Assembly: GCA_958428295.1 (NCBI GenBank)
Contig: CAUAFL010000007.1
Coordinates: 2,250-66,249, forward strand
Direction of reading: 5' to 3'
DNA length: 64,000 nucleotides
Origin: an uncultured Bacillota bacterium
GTDB lineage: Bacteria > Bacillota_I > Bacilli_A > RF39 > UBA660
The notes under the pieces were generated by a model. That model was not told the origin of the DNA, made no database searches, and was given only the letters and a program-made list of their open reading frames with translations. This document shows, in pieces, positions 39,433 through 51,104 of the stretch. Position 1 is the first letter of the stretch; each line of letters opens with the position of its first letter. Made by a program: the position numbers and the translations under genes.

Positions 39433-40950
39433 ATGAAGAAAGTGATATTAACTATTATGGATGGCTATGGTTATCGTGAAGAAAAGAAAGGAAATGCTAT
39501 TGCTGCGGCATGCCCTAATAATATTCAAAAACTCTGGGATCATTATCCTCATACTTTATTGCAGGCTAGTGGAAATGCTGTTGGCTTGCCACAAGGACAA
39601 ATGGGTAATAGTGAAGTAGGGCATTTAAACATAGGGGCAGGGCGAGTAGTTGATCAACCATTAATGCAGATCAATCATGCCATTGCCGATGGTACCTTTT
39701 ACCAAAACAAAGCCTTAAAAGACGTAATAGCTCACTGTAAAAAAAATCAGTCTACCTTACATATTTTTGGATTACTAAGCGATGGTGGTGTGCACTCTCA
39801 TATAGATCATTTTTATGCAATGCTTGAACTATGTCGAGAAGAACAAGTAAAAAAGGTTGCCATCCATGCCTTTCTAGATGGTCGGGATACCTTACCTAAA
39901 ATATCTCTAACGTTTATCCACAGTCTTGTGGATAAAATGGAGCAATTAGGAGTAGGAAAATTAGTTGATATTTCCGGGCGTTATTATTCCATGGATCGTG
40001 AAAGAATGTGGGATTTAACAGAGCAGTATTATCACTTGTTAGTAGACGAGAAGACAGCCGTGATTACAGATATTGATAGTTATATAAAGAAAGCCTATCA
40101 ACAAGGCTTAACCGATGAATTTATTGTTCCTGTAAAAGTAGCATCGGGTGGACAATTAAAAGAAAACGATGGAATGGTTATGTTAAATTTTCGACCTGAT
40201 CGGATTACACAATTATTCACTGCTTTAACAAATCCTGAGTTTACTGAATTTCCTACGCATCAATTTAAAAATGTTCCCTTAGTAACTATGATGAGTGTAG
40301 AGCATAGCGTTTTAGCGACCATTGCTTTTCCTCCACATCACTTAGTCAATACTTTAGGGAGTTATTTAGCATCACTTAATAAAAAAGTGCTACGAATTGC
40401 CGAAGCTAGCAAGTATCCTCATGTAACCTACTTCTTTGATGGTGGTGAGGAGAAAGATTTAAGGGGAACCGATAAAGTGATTATTCCTCGGAAGGAAGTA
40501 GCTACCTATGATTTATATCCTAGCATGAGCGCTCCTGAAATTACAAATAAATTAACTGAAATAATGGATAGCTATGATGTGATTATTTTAAATTATGCCA
40601 ATTGTGATATGGTAGGGCATACCGGTAAGTTTGCCAAAGTAGTGGAAGCTGTTCAGGCCGTTGATCAAAACATTGGAAGACTTTATGAACTGTGTAAGCA
40701 AAAAGGGTTTACTATGTTTTTAACAGCCGATCATGGAAATGCCGAAATAATGGAAGACGAACATGGAAATATCGTTACCGCTCATACTACCAGTCCCGTT
40801 CCTTGCATTATTACAGATAAAAACTTGACCTTTCGTGCCGGCAGCAAAAAGTTAGGGGATTTAGCGCCGACTATTTTAGACTATTTGGAAATTGCTAAAC
40901 CAAAGGAAATGACGGGAGAAAGTTTAATCAATCATAGAAAGAAGGACTAA
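39433..40950 (+). CDS. gpmI: 2,3-bisphosphoglycerate-independent phosphoglycerate mutase
   Basis: ILTIMDGYG, NSEVGHLNIGAGR, and TADHGNAE near the C-terminus. Confidence 0.96.
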   Translation: MKKVILTIMDGYGYREEKKGNAIAAACPNNIQKLWDHYPHTLLQASGNAVGLPQGQMGNSEVGHLNIGAGRVVDQPLMQINHAIADGTFYQNKALKDVIAHCKKNQSTLHIFGLLSDGGVHSHIDHFYAMLELCREEQVKKVAIHAFLDGRDTLPKISLTFIHSLVDKMEQLGVGKLVDISGRYYSMDRERMWDLTEQYYHLLVDEKTAVITDIDSYIKKAYQQGLTDEFIVPVKVASGGQLKENDGMVMLNFRPDRITQLFTALTNPEFTEFPTHQFKNVPLVTMMSVEHSVLATIAFPPHHLVNTLGSYLASLNKKVLRIAEASKYPHVTYFFDGGEEKDLRGTDKVIIPRKEVATYDLYPSMSAPEITNKLTEIMDSYDVIILNYANCDMVGHTGKFAKVVEAVQAVDQNIGRLYELCKQKGFTMFLTADHGNAEIMEDEHGNIVTAHTTSPVPCIITDKNLTFRAGSKKLGDLAPTILDYLEIAKPKEMTGESLINHRKKD

Positions 40951-41067
40951 TACTTTAGCAGGAGGAGAAAAGTGGACACTGAAAAACGTGTTCTTTTTTG
41001 TTAAAAAATTCCTATTGAATAACGAACAAATGTATAATACAATGAAAAGAGGAAGGAGGAAAGAAAT

Positions 41068-42255
41068 ATGCAGCGGATTATCTTTCATGTAGATGTCAAT
41101 AATGCCTTTCTATCTTGGACGGCCATCTATTTATTAAAGCAAGGATATCCTTTGGATATAAGAACGATTCCTGCGATCATTGGAGGCGATGAATCCTTAC
41201 GTAAAGGTGTTGTTCTAGCGAAAAGTCCAGTGGCCAAAAAGTATGGCATTGTTACTGCCGAAACCATTTATGCCGCTCGTCTCAAATGCCCTCAACTGCA
41301 AACCTTTCCTGCGAATTATGAGTGGTATCAACAACAGTCTCATCTCCTTTATCAATATCTAGCAACTTATACACCCGTAATTGAACAATTTTCTATTGAT
41401 GAGTGCTTCCTAGATATGAGTGGCACTAGGCTTTTATATGGCGATGATTACGATGCCTTAGCCAATAGAATGCGCCAAGAAATTAAAGAAAAGTTTGGCT
41501 TTACTGTCAATATTGGTATTGGAGCAAACAAGCTTTGTGCCAAAATGGCTAGTGATTTTGAAAAACCTGATAAGGTACATACCCTTTATCCACACGAAGT
41601 AAAGACAAAAATGTGGCCTCTACCAGTAGGGGATTTATTTATGGTAGGCAAAAAATCATCTCAAAAGCTTCAACAATTAGGAATTACAACAATTGGGCAA
41701 TTAGCAAGTACGCCCGCTTCTTTATTACAACGTTATTTCAAAAGTCAAGGTCTTTACCTTAAAGAAGCATCTTGGGGGAAGGATGATAGTCCTGTCGCGC
41801 AACACCAACCAAAAAATAAGGGAATTAGTATTTCTCGAACCTTACCATATGACTATATAAAAAAGGAAGAATTATTAAAAGTATTAGCGAAAGAAGTAGA
41901 AGAATTAGCGTTTGCCCTTAGAAAGCAAAAACTCTATACCAAAACAATTGCTATTACTTACAAAAACAATCTCTTTAAAAGCTATTCCCATCAACTAACC
42001 TTAGCCAATCCAACCAGTACTACCCAAGAAATATACCAACAGATAATCACTTTATTTGAGTGTAGTTGGAAAGAAGATGCCATTCGTAATATTGGGGTAC
42101 GATTTTCTGATTTGACAAAAGAGCGGAAAGAACAATTGTCTCTGTTTGATAAACTGGATGAAAATAAGCAAGATCAAGTAGAAAAGGTAATGGACGAATT
42201 AACAGAAAAGTTTGGTAAGAATAGTATTATGCGCGCTAGCAATAAAGAAGAATAA
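41068..42255 (+). CDS. dinB: Y-family DNA polymerase (Pol IV-like)
   Basis: IFHVDVNNAF..., SIDECFLDMSG catalytic motif, and the little-finger region. Confidence 0.85.
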   Translation: MQRIIFHVDVNNAFLSWTAIYLLKQGYPLDIRTIPAIIGGDESLRKGVVLAKSPVAKKYGIVTAETIYAARLKCPQLQTFPANYEWYQQQSHLLYQYLATYTPVIEQFSIDECFLDMSGTRLLYGDDYDALANRMRQEIKEKFGFTVNIGIGANKLCAKMASDFEKPDKVHTLYPHEVKTKMWPLPVGDLFMVGKKSSQKLQQLGITTIGQLASTPASLLQRYFKSQGLYLKEASWGKDDSPVAQHQPKNKGISISRTLPYDYIKKEELLKVLAKEVEELAFALRKQKLYTKTIAITYKNNLFKSYSHQLTLANPTSTTQEIYQQIITLFECSWKEDAIRNIGVRFSDLTKERKEQLSLFDKLDENKQDQVEKVMDELTEKFGKNSIMRASNKEE

Positions 42256-42278
42256 AAAAAGCTACTTTTATTGCTCCA

Positions 42279-42485
42279 TTATTTGACAGAATTAGTAGCA
42301 TTATTCGAAGAAGATTGAATGCTATTTATCAATATTTGCTGGCTAACATTAGTGATCATTGCTTGCCCTACAAGTTCTAACCAATGACCAAAACTATGCT
42401 GTTCTTCTAGTGTTAAATCGCTTTTTAAGATATTGGCTGTTAAAAACGCTGATAGCGTAAAAATACAAGGAGTAACATTAGACAT
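42279..42485 (-). CDS. Hypothetical small protein (68 aa)
   Basis: ORF with a plausible GGTGAAAG RBS. No motif recognised. Confidence 0.35.
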   Translation of the reverse strand: MSNVTPCIFTLSAFLTANILKSDLTLEEQHSFGHWLELVGQAMITNVSQQILINSIQSSSNNATNSVK

Positions 42486-42573
42486 TTTCTTTCACCTACC
42501 AATAGTATATGAAATGTTATTTTAGATGACAATAATCTAGTTTTGTGCTACTATTAAAATAGGAGGAAATAAT

Positions 42574-43335
42574 ATGAATGAAAATTATCATGTAGATCAA
42601 TTATCTACTAATAAGAAAAGTACCAAAATTCGTTATCTATTATTAGGGATATTAATAGGTATTGTTGTTTGTGGAGTTATTTTCCTGCTCTTACGACAAC
42701 AAGGCGTCTTAAAAGTCAGTTCATCACCAAAAGAAGCGCAAAATAATCAGACTGAAGAAGAAAAGAAAAATCAAAATCATCAATCAGAAGAACCACAAGG
42801 AAGTAGTGATGAAAGTACCAAGTCTCTTCTCTTGGGATTTGATTCAACAAAGTGTATCACTAATAAACAAAATAAATATGTTCTAAGCCATACTAATGGT
42901 GACTATGGGATAAATATCACTGTGGATGAAACTCAAAAGGGGGTAACATTAGGGATTAACAGGGCTCGTTTAATGGCTGCTTTAGGGCTTGATAATGGTA
43001 ATACTACGAGTCCTAGCTATACCTTAGAAAACTATACTGTCACTAATTTTTCTCAAGAAGTACAAGACATTTATTTAGGGGGCTTTGGTCAGGATAGTAC
43101 TGGTATTATGATTTTTTATCTGATGAAAGATGGAACAGTAGAGTATACACCGCTCAAAAAGGCCGTACAACAAAATAATTTTATTTCTTATGGGACCATA
43201 GTAGGAGTTGAGAATATTGTGAAATTTTATAATGCCTCTTTTAGCCAGGGTCAAACAGGAAACGGAATGACTGTCTTAGCGCAAAAAATGGATGGTACTT
43301 TCTATGATTTACAAGATATCATCCCTAAGTCTTAA
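42574..43335 (+). CDS. Membrane-anchored hypothetical protein (253 aa)
   Basis: GGAGG RBS, one TM helix (YLLLGILIGIVVCGVIFLLL), a low-complexity linker, then a globular extracytoplasmic domain. Confidence 0.6.
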   Translation: MNENYHVDQLSTNKKSTKIRYLLLGILIGIVVCGVIFLLLRQQGVLKVSSSPKEAQNNQTEEEKKNQNHQSEEPQGSSDESTKSLLLGFDSTKCITNKQNKYVLSHTNGDYGINITVDETQKGVTLGINRARLMAALGLDNGNTTSPSYTLENYTVTNFSQEVQDIYLGGFGQDSTGIMIFYLMKDGTVEYTPLKKAVQQNNFISYGTIVGVENIVKFYNASFSQGQTGNGMTVLAQKMDGTFYDLQDIIPKS

Positions 43336-43341
43336 CTCCCA

Positions 43342-43914
43342 ATGCGAATATTATTTATATCTGATCTTCATGGCAAAGTAGCAAATTTGAAAATATTAAA
43401 ATCACAACTTAATCTTGATCACTTTGATAAAGTGGTAGTACTAGGGGATTTATATACTACTTCCCCTTTTCTTGACGTTGGGAAAATTCCTCTCAATGAT
43501 CAAATAGAGGACTTCCTATCGCAATATCAAGATAAACTACTGTGCCTACGCGGTAATTGTGATACTGATCTCGACGTTCAAAGAAGTGCTCTGTCCTTCT
43601 TTGAGGGGATGTATCACCTGAAAGTGGCAAACCTTGACTTATATTTAACGCATGGGCAAGATGCTAGTTTTGAAGGTCGGCATCAACTTTCCTTTCAAAA
43701 GGGAATTCTCATTTATGGCCATTTTCATATTCCTTATATTAAAAAATTGGACGATAGAATTTATATTTGTGTTGGTTCACTCTCCCTACCACGTGGTGGT
43801 AGCCCAGCGAGTTATTTAATTTACGAGAATAACACATTTACCCTATATACCATCGGTGGTCAAAAATTGCAACAATATACAATCATGGAAAAAGAGATTA
43901 GAAAAAACGACTAA
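43342..43914 (+). CDS. YfcE/MJ0936-type metallophosphoesterase
   Basis: ISDLHG, VLGDL, GNCD, THG and GHFH form the calcineurin-like phosphoesterase motif series. Confidence 0.8.
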   Translation: MRILFISDLHGKVANLKILKSQLNLDHFDKVVVLGDLYTTSPFLDVGKIPLNDQIEDFLSQYQDKLLCLRGNCDTDLDVQRSALSFFEGMYHLKVANLDLYLTHGQDASFEGRHQLSFQKGILIYGHFHIPYIKKLDDRIYICVGSLSLPRGGSPASYLIYENNTFTLYTIGGQKLQQYTIMEKEIRKND

Positions 43915-43981
43915 TTTCTTTTTTGTTATCATAAACTAGCACGAAAGCTTTGAAAAATAACAGAAAATTTGCAGTTTAGGG

Positions 43982-44010
43982 TTGCAATTTAAAAAAGAGC
44001 ATGTTAAAAT
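43982..44010 (+). promoter_or_regulatory. Candidate promoter of the S10-spc-alpha cluster
   Basis: TTGCAA, 17 nt, then TAAAAT, followed by a leader of about 120 nt. Confidence 0.55.
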
Positions 44011-44133
44011 TAAATACGTGTGGCTGCTTAGATGTGGGAGGTTGCTGATACGCTAGGTTGAGTTGTCAATTAGCTATCGGGTTATTCACACGGAGCAAGT
44101 CTATACTAGATATAGGCGAAGGGAGGATAAAAT

Positions 44134-44445
44134 ATGTCAACGCAAAAAGTTCGCATCAAGTTAAAAGCATATGACCATAGAGTTTTGGATAATGCTGTAA
44201 CGAAAATTGTTGAAACCATTAAAAGAAGTGGAGGAGAAATTTCAGGACCAGTGCCATTACCAACGGAAATTGAAAAATTCACTATTTTACGTGCTGTTCA
44301 TAAATATAAGGATAGCCGTGAACAATTTGAAATGCGTACACACAAAAGATTAATTGACATCAAAAATCCAAGTAAGGATACAATCGATGCATTAGCACAT
44401 TTGGATTTGCCAAGTGGTGTTGATATTCAAATCAAAACAATATAA
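44134..44445 (+). CDS. rpsJ: 30S ribosomal protein S10
   Basis: [16 protein letters not shown]...RTHKRLIDI. Confidence 0.97.
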   Translation: MSTQKVRIKLKAYDHRVLDNAVTKIVETIKRSGGEISGPVPLPTEIEKFTILRAVHKYKDSREQFEMRTHKRLIDIKNPSKDTIDALAHLDLPSGVDIQIKTI

Positions 44446-44457
44446 TAGGAGGATATT

Positions 44458-45174
44458 ATGAAGAAAGGAATCTTAGGAAAAAAGCTAGGAATGACCCAAG
44501 TATTTACTAAAGAAGGTAAATTAATTCCAGTCACTGTTGTCGAAGTTCAACCTAATGTAATTACACAAATTAAAACAGCAGAAAAAGATGGTTATGAAGC
44601 AATTCAATTAAGTTATGAAACCGTAACGGAAAAAAGAAGCTCAAAACCAAAGATGGGGCATACTGCGAAAGCAAATACAGAACCTAAGCGCTTCTTGAGA
44701 GAAATAAGAGGAGTTAACGTAAGCGATTACACATTAGGACAAGTATTAGCAGCAGATGTTTTTACAGCTGGTGAAATCGTTGATGTTACAGGAATCAGTA
44801 AAGGAAAAGGGTTCCAAGGTGTCATCAAACGTCATAACCAATCACGTGGTCCCATGGGACACGGCTCTCAGTATCATAGAGGTGTTGGTTCTCTTGGAAC
44901 GATGAGACCAATGCATGTATTAAAAGGTAAAAAATTACCAGGACAAATGGGGAATGTAAAATCAACTGTTCAAAACCTTGAAATTGTAGCTGTTGATTTA
45001 GAAAACAATGTAATTTTAATTAAAGGAAATGTACCTGGCCCTAAAAAAAGCTTAGTTATTATTCAAACTGCTGTTAAAAAGCCAGGCGTAAAACATACCG
45101 CAGCTGACTTAATCACTTATGAAAAGGCAGAAAAAACATCTGTTGAACCTGCATCAGAAGAAGTGTCAGAATAA
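44458..45174 (+). CDS. rplC: 50S ribosomal protein L3
   Basis: [14 protein letters not shown]...[12 protein letters not shown]. Confidence 0.97.
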   Translation: MKKGILGKKLGMTQVFTKEGKLIPVTVVEVQPNVITQIKTAEKDGYEAIQLSYETVTEKRSSKPKMGHTAKANTEPKRFLREIRGVNVSDYTLGQVLAADVFTAGEIVDVTGISKGKGFQGVIKRHNQSRGPMGHGSQYHRGVGSLGTMRPMHVLKGKKLPGQMGNVKSTVQNLEIVAVDLENNVILIKGNVPGPKKSLVIIQTAVKKPGVKHTAADLITYEKAEKTSVEPASEEVSE

Positions 45175-45230
45175 TCATCACAACGTAAGTGAAAACAATA
45201 ATAAACAATGTGATGAAAGGAGGATAAAAG

Positions 45231-45857
45231 ATGGAAAAGATAGAACTTTTAAATCTTAAAGGTGAAAAAGTAAAAGAATTAAAATTAAATGAAGAAATAT
45301 TTGGAATTACCCCCAATGATAAAGTCTTATATGATGCTATTATTTTACAACAAGCATCACTAAGACAAGGCACTCATTCTACAAAAAATCGTTCTGAAGT
45401 AAGTGGTGGAGGCCGTAAACCCTGGAGACAAAAAGGAACAGGACATGCCCGACAAGGTTCTATTAGAGCAGTTCAATGGGTCGGTGGAGGCCGTTATGGA
45501 ACTCCCGTACCAAGAGATTATAGTAAAAAACAAAATCGTAAAGAAAGACGTTTAGCACTAAAAAGTGCACTAAGTCATAAATTTCTAGCAAATGAAGTCA
45601 TTGTGATGGAAGAACTAGTATTTACAACACCAAAAACAAAAGAGATGATCGGATTGCTACAAAGTTTGAAAGTAGCTGACAAGAAAGTATTATTTGTAGT
45701 AGATAAGTTTGAAGAAAATGTTATTTTAGCATCACGTAATCTTCAAAATGTAGCGATTATTGCTGATTATGAGATAAATGTTTTGGATTTAGTCAATGCC
45801 GATATCGTCATCTTTACAAACCAAGCGTTAAACCAAATAGAGGAGGCTCTTAAATAA
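45231..45857 (+). CDS. rplD: 50S ribosomal protein L4
   Basis: SGGGRKPWRQKGTGHARQGSIR. Confidence 0.97.
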   Translation: MEKIELLNLKGEKVKELKLNEEIFGITPNDKVLYDAIILQQASLRQGTHSTKNRSEVSGGGRKPWRQKGTGHARQGSIRAVQWVGGGRYGTPVPRDYSKKQNRKERRLALKSALSHKFLANEVIVMEELVFTTPKTKEMIGLLQSLKVADKKVLFVVDKFEENVILASRNLQNVAIIADYEINVLDLVNADIVIFTNQALNQIEEALK

Positions 45858-46138
45858 TGGATACAAGATATTTAGAAATCATTAAAGAACCGGTAATTAC
45901 CGAAAAGAGCGGAACCCTAGCTCAAAGTGGACAATACGTTTTTAAAGTAGATCCTAAAGCAAATAAGACAGAAATTAAACTTGCAATCGAAAAGATTTTT
46001 CATGTTCATGTGAAAGAGATTAGAACGATTCAAGTAAAACCTAAAAAGAGAAGAGTTGGTCGTTACAGCGGACTTACAAATCGTGCTAAAAAAGCAATTG
46101 TAACTTTAGCTGACGGTGAACAAATCGATCTTGGTTAG
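45857..46138 (+). CDS. rplW: 50S ribosomal protein L23
   Basis: YVFKVDPKANKTEIKLAIEKIF. Confidence 0.96.
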   Translation: MDTRYLEIIKEPVITEKSGTLAQSGQYVFKVDPKANKTEIKLAIEKIFHVHVKEIRTIQVKPKKRRVGRYSGLTNRAKKAIVTLADGEQIDLG

Positions 46139-46154
46139 AAGGAGGAAATAAACA

Positions 46155-46985
46155 ATGGCAATTAAAAATTATAAACCTACTACACCAGGACAAAGAAAAA
46201 AGAGTACTCTTGTCAATGCGGAAATTACTAAAAGTAGCCCTGAGAAAAACTTAACAGTCACTCTAAAAAGTAAAGCTGGACGGAATAATCAGGGAAAGAT
46301 TACAGTTCGTCACCAAGGTGGAGGAGTAAAAAGAAAATACCGAATCATTGATTTCAAGAGAAATAAATTAGATGTTGAAGGTGTAGTAGCAAGTATTGAA
46401 TATGATCCAAACAGAACGGCTAATATTGCCTTAATTAATTATTTAGATGGAGAAAAAAGATATATTCTTGCCCCTAAAGGGTTAAAAGTTGGTGATCGGA
46501 TTTTAGCATCTTCTACTGCGGATATTAAAGTAGGAAATGCCTTACCAATAATGAATATTCCTGTGGGTACTACCATTCATAACATCGAACTTCGTCCTGG
46601 AAAAGGCGGCGAGTTAGCGCGTAGTGCTGGTACTTCAGCACAAATTCTTGGCCGTGAAGGAAATTATGTTATGATTCGCCTATCGAGTGGTGAACAAAGA
46701 AAAGTGCTTGGCACTTGTATGGCTACGGTTGGTGTTGTGGGCAATGAAGATAGTAGTCTTGTAAAATTGGGAAAAGCCGGACGGAAACGTCATATGGGAA
46801 TACGTCCAACGGTTCGTGGTTCTGTTATGAACCCTAATGATCATCCACATGGTGGTGGAGAAGGTCGTGCGCCAATTGGTCGCAAGGCACCACTTACCCC
46901 TTGGGGAAAACCTGCTCTTGGTTATAAAACAAGAAATAATAAACAGACTGACAAATTCATTGTTCGTCGTCGGGGAAGTAAATAG
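46155..46985 (+). CDS. rplB: 50S ribosomal protein L2
   Basis: [14 protein letters not shown]...[19 protein letters not shown]. Confidence 0.98.
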   Translation: MAIKNYKPTTPGQRKKSTLVNAEITKSSPEKNLTVTLKSKAGRNNQGKITVRHQGGGVKRKYRIIDFKRNKLDVEGVVASIEYDPNRTANIALINYLDGEKRYILAPKGLKVGDRILASSTADIKVGNALPIMNIPVGTTIHNIELRPGKGGELARSAGTSAQILGREGNYVMIRLSSGEQRKVLGTCMATVGVVGNEDSSLVKLGKAGRKRHMGIRPTVRGSVMNPNDHPHGGGEGRAPIGRKAPLTPWGKPALGYKTRNNKQTDKFIVRRRGSK

Positions 46986-46996
46986 GAGGAAAAATT

Positions 46997-47266
46997 ATGG
47001 CAAGAAGTTTAAAAAAGGGACCTTATGTTTTTGATCGATTATTAAAAAAGGTTCAAGAATTAAATAAAAATGGCAAAAAAGAAGTAATCAAAACATATTC
47101 ACGCCGTTCCACAATTTTCCCTGATTTCATTGGTCACACCTTTGCTGTACATAATGGAAAAGAATTTATTCCAGTCTATGTTACGGAAGATATGGTAGGA
47201 CACAAGTTAGGAGAATTTGCTTTAACTCGTAAAAGCGGTGGACACGGAAACGATAAGAAAAAATAG
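46997..47266 (+). CDS. rpsS: 30S ribosomal protein S19
   Basis: [11 protein letters not shown]...[23 protein letters not shown]. Confidence 0.97.
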   Translation: MARSLKKGPYVFDRLLKKVQELNKNGKKEVIKTYSRRSTIFPDFIGHTFAVHNGKEFIPVYVTEDMVGHKLGEFALTRKSGGHGNDKKK

Positions 47267-47290
47267 TAGGACAAAAAGGAGACAAGAATT

Positions 47291-47629
47291 ATGGAAAATG
47301 AAGTACAAGCAATTGCTAAAATGCAAAGGATTTCTCCTATCAAAGCTCGTCTAGTTATCGATATGATACGCGGTAAAAAGGTGGCAGATGCCCTTGCTAT
47401 TTTAGAAAATACCAATAAAAAGGGTGCTGTCCTAATTAAAAAAGTCGTCAACTCTGCTGTTGCCAATGCGACTAATAATAATGGTTTAAAAGTAGAAGAC
47501 TTATATATTAGTGAAGCCCGTGTTGATAATGGGCCTGTGATGAAACGTGTTATGTTTGATTCGCGTGGTCACATTGGTCACAACGATAAAAGAACAAGTC
47601 ACATTGTTATTAAAGTGGCTGTAAAATAA
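47291..47629 (+). CDS. rplV: 50S ribosomal protein L22
   Basis: RISPIKARLVIDMIRGKKVADAL. Confidence 0.96.
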   Translation: MENEVQAIAKMQRISPIKARLVIDMIRGKKVADALAILENTNKKGAVLIKKVVNSAVANATNNNGLKVEDLYISEARVDNGPVMKRVMFDSRGHIGHNDKRTSHIVIKVAVK

Positions 47630-47645
47630 TTAAGGAGGAACAATA

Positions 47646-48299
47646 ATGGGACAAAAAGTTGATCCAATTGGACTAAGACTTGGTATCAATAAAGACTGGG
47701 AAGCCAAATGGTATGCTGGTAAAAAAGATTTCTCAAAGATATTAGAACGTGATTTATTAATACGTAATTATATTGCGAAGAACCTAAAAAATGCGGGAAT
47801 CGCAAAAGTGGAAATTGAGCGCACTGCTAAAAAATGTGAAGTAACCATTCATACCTCTAAACCTGGTGTTATTATCGGCCGTGGTGGCGAAGAAATTACC
47901 AAGCTAAGAAAGGCAATTTCTAAACAAGTCGGTGAAGATGTTCAAATTTCTATTGTGGACATTAAAAAAGCCGATATAAACGCACAGTTAGTCGCTGATT
48001 CAATTGCTAATCAAATTAGCAATCGTGCCTCATTTAGAATGGCACAAAAAAGAGCAATTAGAAATGCTATAAAAGCGGGCGCAAAAGGAATTAAAACTCA
48101 AGTATCAGGTCGTCTAGGTGGTGCTGACATGGCACGTAGTGAAGGCTATACAGAAGGAACAATTCCCCTACATACGTTGAGAGCAGATGTTGATTATGCA
48201 ACTAGTGAGGCTGCTACTACATTTGGTAAGATTGGTGTGAAAGTATGGATTTATAAAGGTGAGATCCTAAAAGATAAAAAGGCTAAAGGAGGTAATTAA
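47646..48299 (+). CDS. rpsC: 30S ribosomal protein S3
   Basis: [24 protein letters not shown]. Confidence 0.98.
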   Translation: MGQKVDPIGLRLGINKDWEAKWYAGKKDFSKILERDLLIRNYIAKNLKNAGIAKVEIERTAKKCEVTIHTSKPGVIIGRGGEEITKLRKAISKQVGEDVQISIVDIKKADINAQLVADSIANQISNRASFRMAQKRAIRNAIKAGAKGIKTQVSGRLGGADMARSEGYTEGTIPLHTLRADVDYATSEAATTFGKIGVKVWIYKGEILKDKKAKGGN

Positions 48300-48300
48300 T

Positions 48301-48723
48301 ATGTTAATTCCATCAAGAACTAAATATCGTCGTGTACATAGATTACCTTACGAAGGCAAATCCCGTGGTAACACAGAATTACATTTTGGAGAATATGGTT
48401 TACAAGCAAAAGAAGGTGCTTGGATTACCACTAACCAAATTGAAGCTGCTCGTGTGGCTATGACACGTTATATGAAACGTGGTGGTAAAGTGTGGATTAA
48501 TATTTTCCCTCATTTACCACTAACTGCCAAACCAATTGGTACACGTCAAGGTAAAGGTAAAGGTAATGTTGAAAAGTGGGTAGCAGTAGTGAAAGAAGGA
48601 AAGATCATGTTTGAAATTTCTGGTGTTTCTGAAGAAGTAGCAAGAGAAGCCCTACGGCTTGCTAGTCATAAATTACCAATTGCCACAAAATTTGTAAAAA
48701 AAGAAACTGGTGGTGAACAATAA
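48301..48723 (+). CDS. rplP: 50S ribosomal protein L16
   Basis: [14 protein letters not shown]...[13 protein letters not shown]. Confidence 0.97.
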   Translation: MLIPSRTKYRRVHRLPYEGKSRGNTELHFGEYGLQAKEGAWITTNQIEAARVAMTRYMKRGGKVWINIFPHLPLTAKPIGTRQGKGKGNVEKWVAVVKEGKIMFEISGVSEEVAREALRLASHKLPIATKFVKKETGGEQ

Positions 48724-48926
48724 TGAAGGTTAAAGAAATTAGAGAACTATCCAATGAAGAAATCAACGAGAAGTTAAAAGAATCAAAAGAAGAGCTATTC
48801 AACTTACGCTTTAGTCAAGCGACTGGAAACTTAGAAAAACCTTCAAGACTTAGAGAATTAAGACACACCGTTGCAAGACTAAAAACCGTTTTAAAAGAAC
48901 GCGAAAATATGGAAAAGGTTGATTAG
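48723..48926 (+). CDS. rpmC: 50S ribosomal protein L29
   Basis: [24 protein letters not shown]. Confidence 0.95.
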   Translation: MKVKEIRELSNEEINEKLKESKEELFNLRFSQATGNLEKPSRLRELRHTVARLKTVLKERENMEKVD

Positions 48927-48937
48927 GAGGGAATTTT

Positions 48938-49198
48938 ATGGAAAAGAAAAAAAGTCAAGAATTAGTTGGTAAAGTAGTTAGTGCAACAAATGATAAGACA
49001 ATCACTGTCCTTGTAGAAACACATAAAATGCACCCACTATATCACAAACGCGTAAAATCATCAAAAAAATATAGTGTACATGATGAGACCAACAAAGCTA
49101 AAGTGGGAGATGTCGTTAGAATTGTGGAAACCAAACCAATTTCTAAAACGAAACATTTCTACTTAAAAGAAATTGTAAAAGAAGCAGTTATTCTATAA
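48938..49198 (+). CDS. rpsQ: 30S ribosomal protein S17
   Basis: [20 protein letters not shown]...HPLYHKRVK. Confidence 0.96.
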   Translation: MEKKKSQELVGKVVSATNDKTITVLVETHKMHPLYHKRVKSSKKYSVHDETNKAKVGDVVRIVETKPISKTKHFYLKEIVKEAVIL

Positions 49199-49225
49199 CT
49201 CTAAAGACAAAGGAGGAAGTAATCT

Positions 49226-49594
49226 ATGTTACAACAAGAAAGTAGATTAAAAGTTGCTGATAACTCTGGAGCGCGTGAAGTACTTGTGATTCGTTGCCTT
49301 GGTGGAAGTAGCCGTAAGACTGCTAATATTGGGGATATCGTCGTCGCAACTGTAAAAAATGCAATTCCAAATTCACCTGTTCCTAAGGGAAAAGTAGTAA
49401 AGGCTGTCATCGTTAGAAGCAAGCAAGGGGTCCGTCGTAGTGATGGAAGCTATATCAAGTTTGATGACAATGCTTGCGTCATTATTCGGGATGATAAAAG
49501 TCCTATTGGAACCCGTATTTTCGGACCAGTCGCTCGTGAACTTCGTGATAAAGACTATATGAAAATTGTTTCACTTGCGAAAGAAGTACTATAA
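49226..49594 (+). CDS. rplN: 50S ribosomal protein L14
   Basis: [19 protein letters not shown]. Confidence 0.98.
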   Translation: MLQQESRLKVADNSGAREVLVIRCLGGSSRKTANIGDIVVATVKNAIPNSPVPKGKVVKAVIVRSKQGVRRSDGSYIKFDDNACVIIRDDKSPIGTRIFGPVARELRDKDYMKIVSLAKEVL

Positions 49595-49604
49595 GGAGGA
49601 AACT

Positions 49605-49913
49605 ATGAAGTTAAAAGTAGGAGATAAAGTGGTAGTTATTTCTGGTTCTGACAAAGGGAAAACGGGGAAAATTATCAAAACATTAAGAAATGAAAATAAA
49701 GTCATTGTCGAAGGGGTACATATCGTTAAAAAACATCAAAAAGGCAATGGCCAAGAAACTGGTGGTATTGTGGAAATTGAAGCTCCAATTGCTGTTTCTA
49801 ATGTGATGATTGTCGATCCCAAGACCAAAAAGGGAACAAGAATTGGCCATACAATAGATAAAAACAATAAAAAAGTAAGAATCAGTACCAAATCAAAAGA
49901 AGTACTTGACTAG
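49605..49913 (+). CDS. rplX: 50S ribosomal protein L24
   Basis: AGGAGG RBS, then MKLKVGDKVVVISGSDKGKTGKI (KOW motif). The track start at 49566 overlaps rplN and is rejected. Confidence 0.95.
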   Translation: MKLKVGDKVVVISGSDKGKTGKIIKTLRNENKVIVEGVHIVKKHQKGNGQETGGIVEIEAPIAVSNVMIVDPKTKKGTRIGHTIDKNNKKVRISTKSKEVLD

Positions 49914-49933
49914 TGGAAGGAGGGTATTAATAG

Positions 49934-50473
49934 ATGAATCGTCTAAAAGAAAAATACCTAAAAGAAGTTGTTCCAAGTTTAATGAGTAAATACAACTACA
50001 AATCAATAATGGAAGTACCCAAGCTTGAGAAAGTAGTCATCAACATGGGAGTAGGAGATGCCACTATAAATTCTAAATTATTAGAGGCAGCGGTAAATGA
50101 TCTAGAAAAAATTTCAGGACAGAAACCAGTGGTAACAAAAGCAAAGAAATCCATTGCTGGATTTAAAATCCGTGAAGGACAAAGTATAGGATGTAAAGTT
50201 ACCCTTAGAGCTGAAAATATGTATAATTTTGTGGACAAATTAATTTCTATGTCATTACCACAAGTACGTGACTTCCGTGGTGTTAATCCAAAAGCTTTCG
50301 ATGGTAGAGGAAATTATACGCTAGGAATTAAAGAGCAATTAATTTTTGGAGAAATTAATTATGATGAAGTAGTAAAAGTACGTGGGATGGATATTATTTT
50401 TGTTACCACTGCGAAAACGAATGAAGAAGCTTATGACTTATTAAATGGACTTGGAATTCCTTTTAGAAAGTAA
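49934..50473 (+). CDS. rplE: 50S ribosomal protein L5
   Basis: [14 protein letters not shown]...VINMGVGDA. Confidence 0.97.
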   Translation: MNRLKEKYLKEVVPSLMSKYNYKSIMEVPKLEKVVINMGVGDATINSKLLEAAVNDLEKISGQKPVVTKAKKSIAGFKIREGQSIGCKVTLRAENMYNFVDKLISMSLPQVRDFRGVNPKAFDGRGNYTLGIKEQLIFGEINYDEVVKVRGMDIIFVTTAKTNEEAYDLLNGLGIPFRK

Positions 50474-50484
50474 GGGAGGATAAA

Positions 50485-50667
50485 ATGGCAAAAAAAAGTA
50501 TGATTGTAAAACAAAGTAGGCCAAAGTATAAAGTACGTGAATACTCTCGTTGTTCACGTTGTGGTAGACCACATGCTGTCATGAGCAAGTTTGGTATCTG
50601 CCGTATTTGCTTCCGCGAATTGGCTTATAAAGGACAAATACCAGGCGTTAAAAAATCTAGCTGGTAA
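50485..50667 (+). CDS. rpsN: 30S ribosomal protein S14, zinc-binding type Z
   Basis: 60-aa form with CSRCGRP...CRICFRE (CxxC...CxxC). Confidence 0.96.
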   Translation: MAKKSMIVKQSRPKYKVREYSRCSRCGRPHAVMSKFGICRICFRELAYKGQIPGVKKSSW

Positions 50668-50684
50668 AAAAGGAGGGACATGAA

Positions 50685-51086
50685 ATGGCTGTCGTTACAG
50701 ATACAATTGCAGATATGTTAACAAGAATTCGTAATGCAAATCAAATGCGTTATACAGAAGTAAAAGTACCTGCATCAAATATGAAAATCGAAATTGCCAA
50801 AATTTTGAAAAATGAAGGATTTATTGTTGATTATAAAATAGACAATAATGATGTACAGAAAACGATTGTACTAACCTTAAAATATGGTGACAATAAAGAA
50901 AGAGTAATTACTGGACTTAAGAGAATCTCAAAACCAGGACTTCGTGTATATGCCAAAAATGATGAAATTCCTAAAGTGTTAAATGGCTTAGGGATCGCAA
51001 TTTTATCAACTTCTCAAGGTATTATGACAGATAAAGAAGCCCGTAAATTAAATATTGGTGGCGAAGTTCTAGCCTATGTTTGGTAA
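50685..51086 (+). CDS. rpsH: 30S ribosomal protein S8
   Basis: [14 protein letters not shown]... Confidence 0.97.
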   Translation: MAVVTDTIADMLTRIRNANQMRYTEVKVPASNMKIEIAKILKNEGFIVDYKIDNNDVQKTIVLTLKYGDNKERVITGLKRISKPGLRVYAKNDEIPKVLNGLGIAILSTSQGIMTDKEARKLNIGGEVLAYVW

Positions 51087-51104
51087 GATGAGGGAGGTGT
51101 CAAA

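Noticed and set aside
41023-41036. Possible LexA box CGAACAAATGTATA overlapping the -10 region upstream of dinB, plus GAAAAACGTGTTC at about 40979..40993.
   Set aside because: Only the left half-site is good (about 10/14 overall). The second candidate has the wrong half-site spacing. This is too weak to call without a genome-specific matrix.
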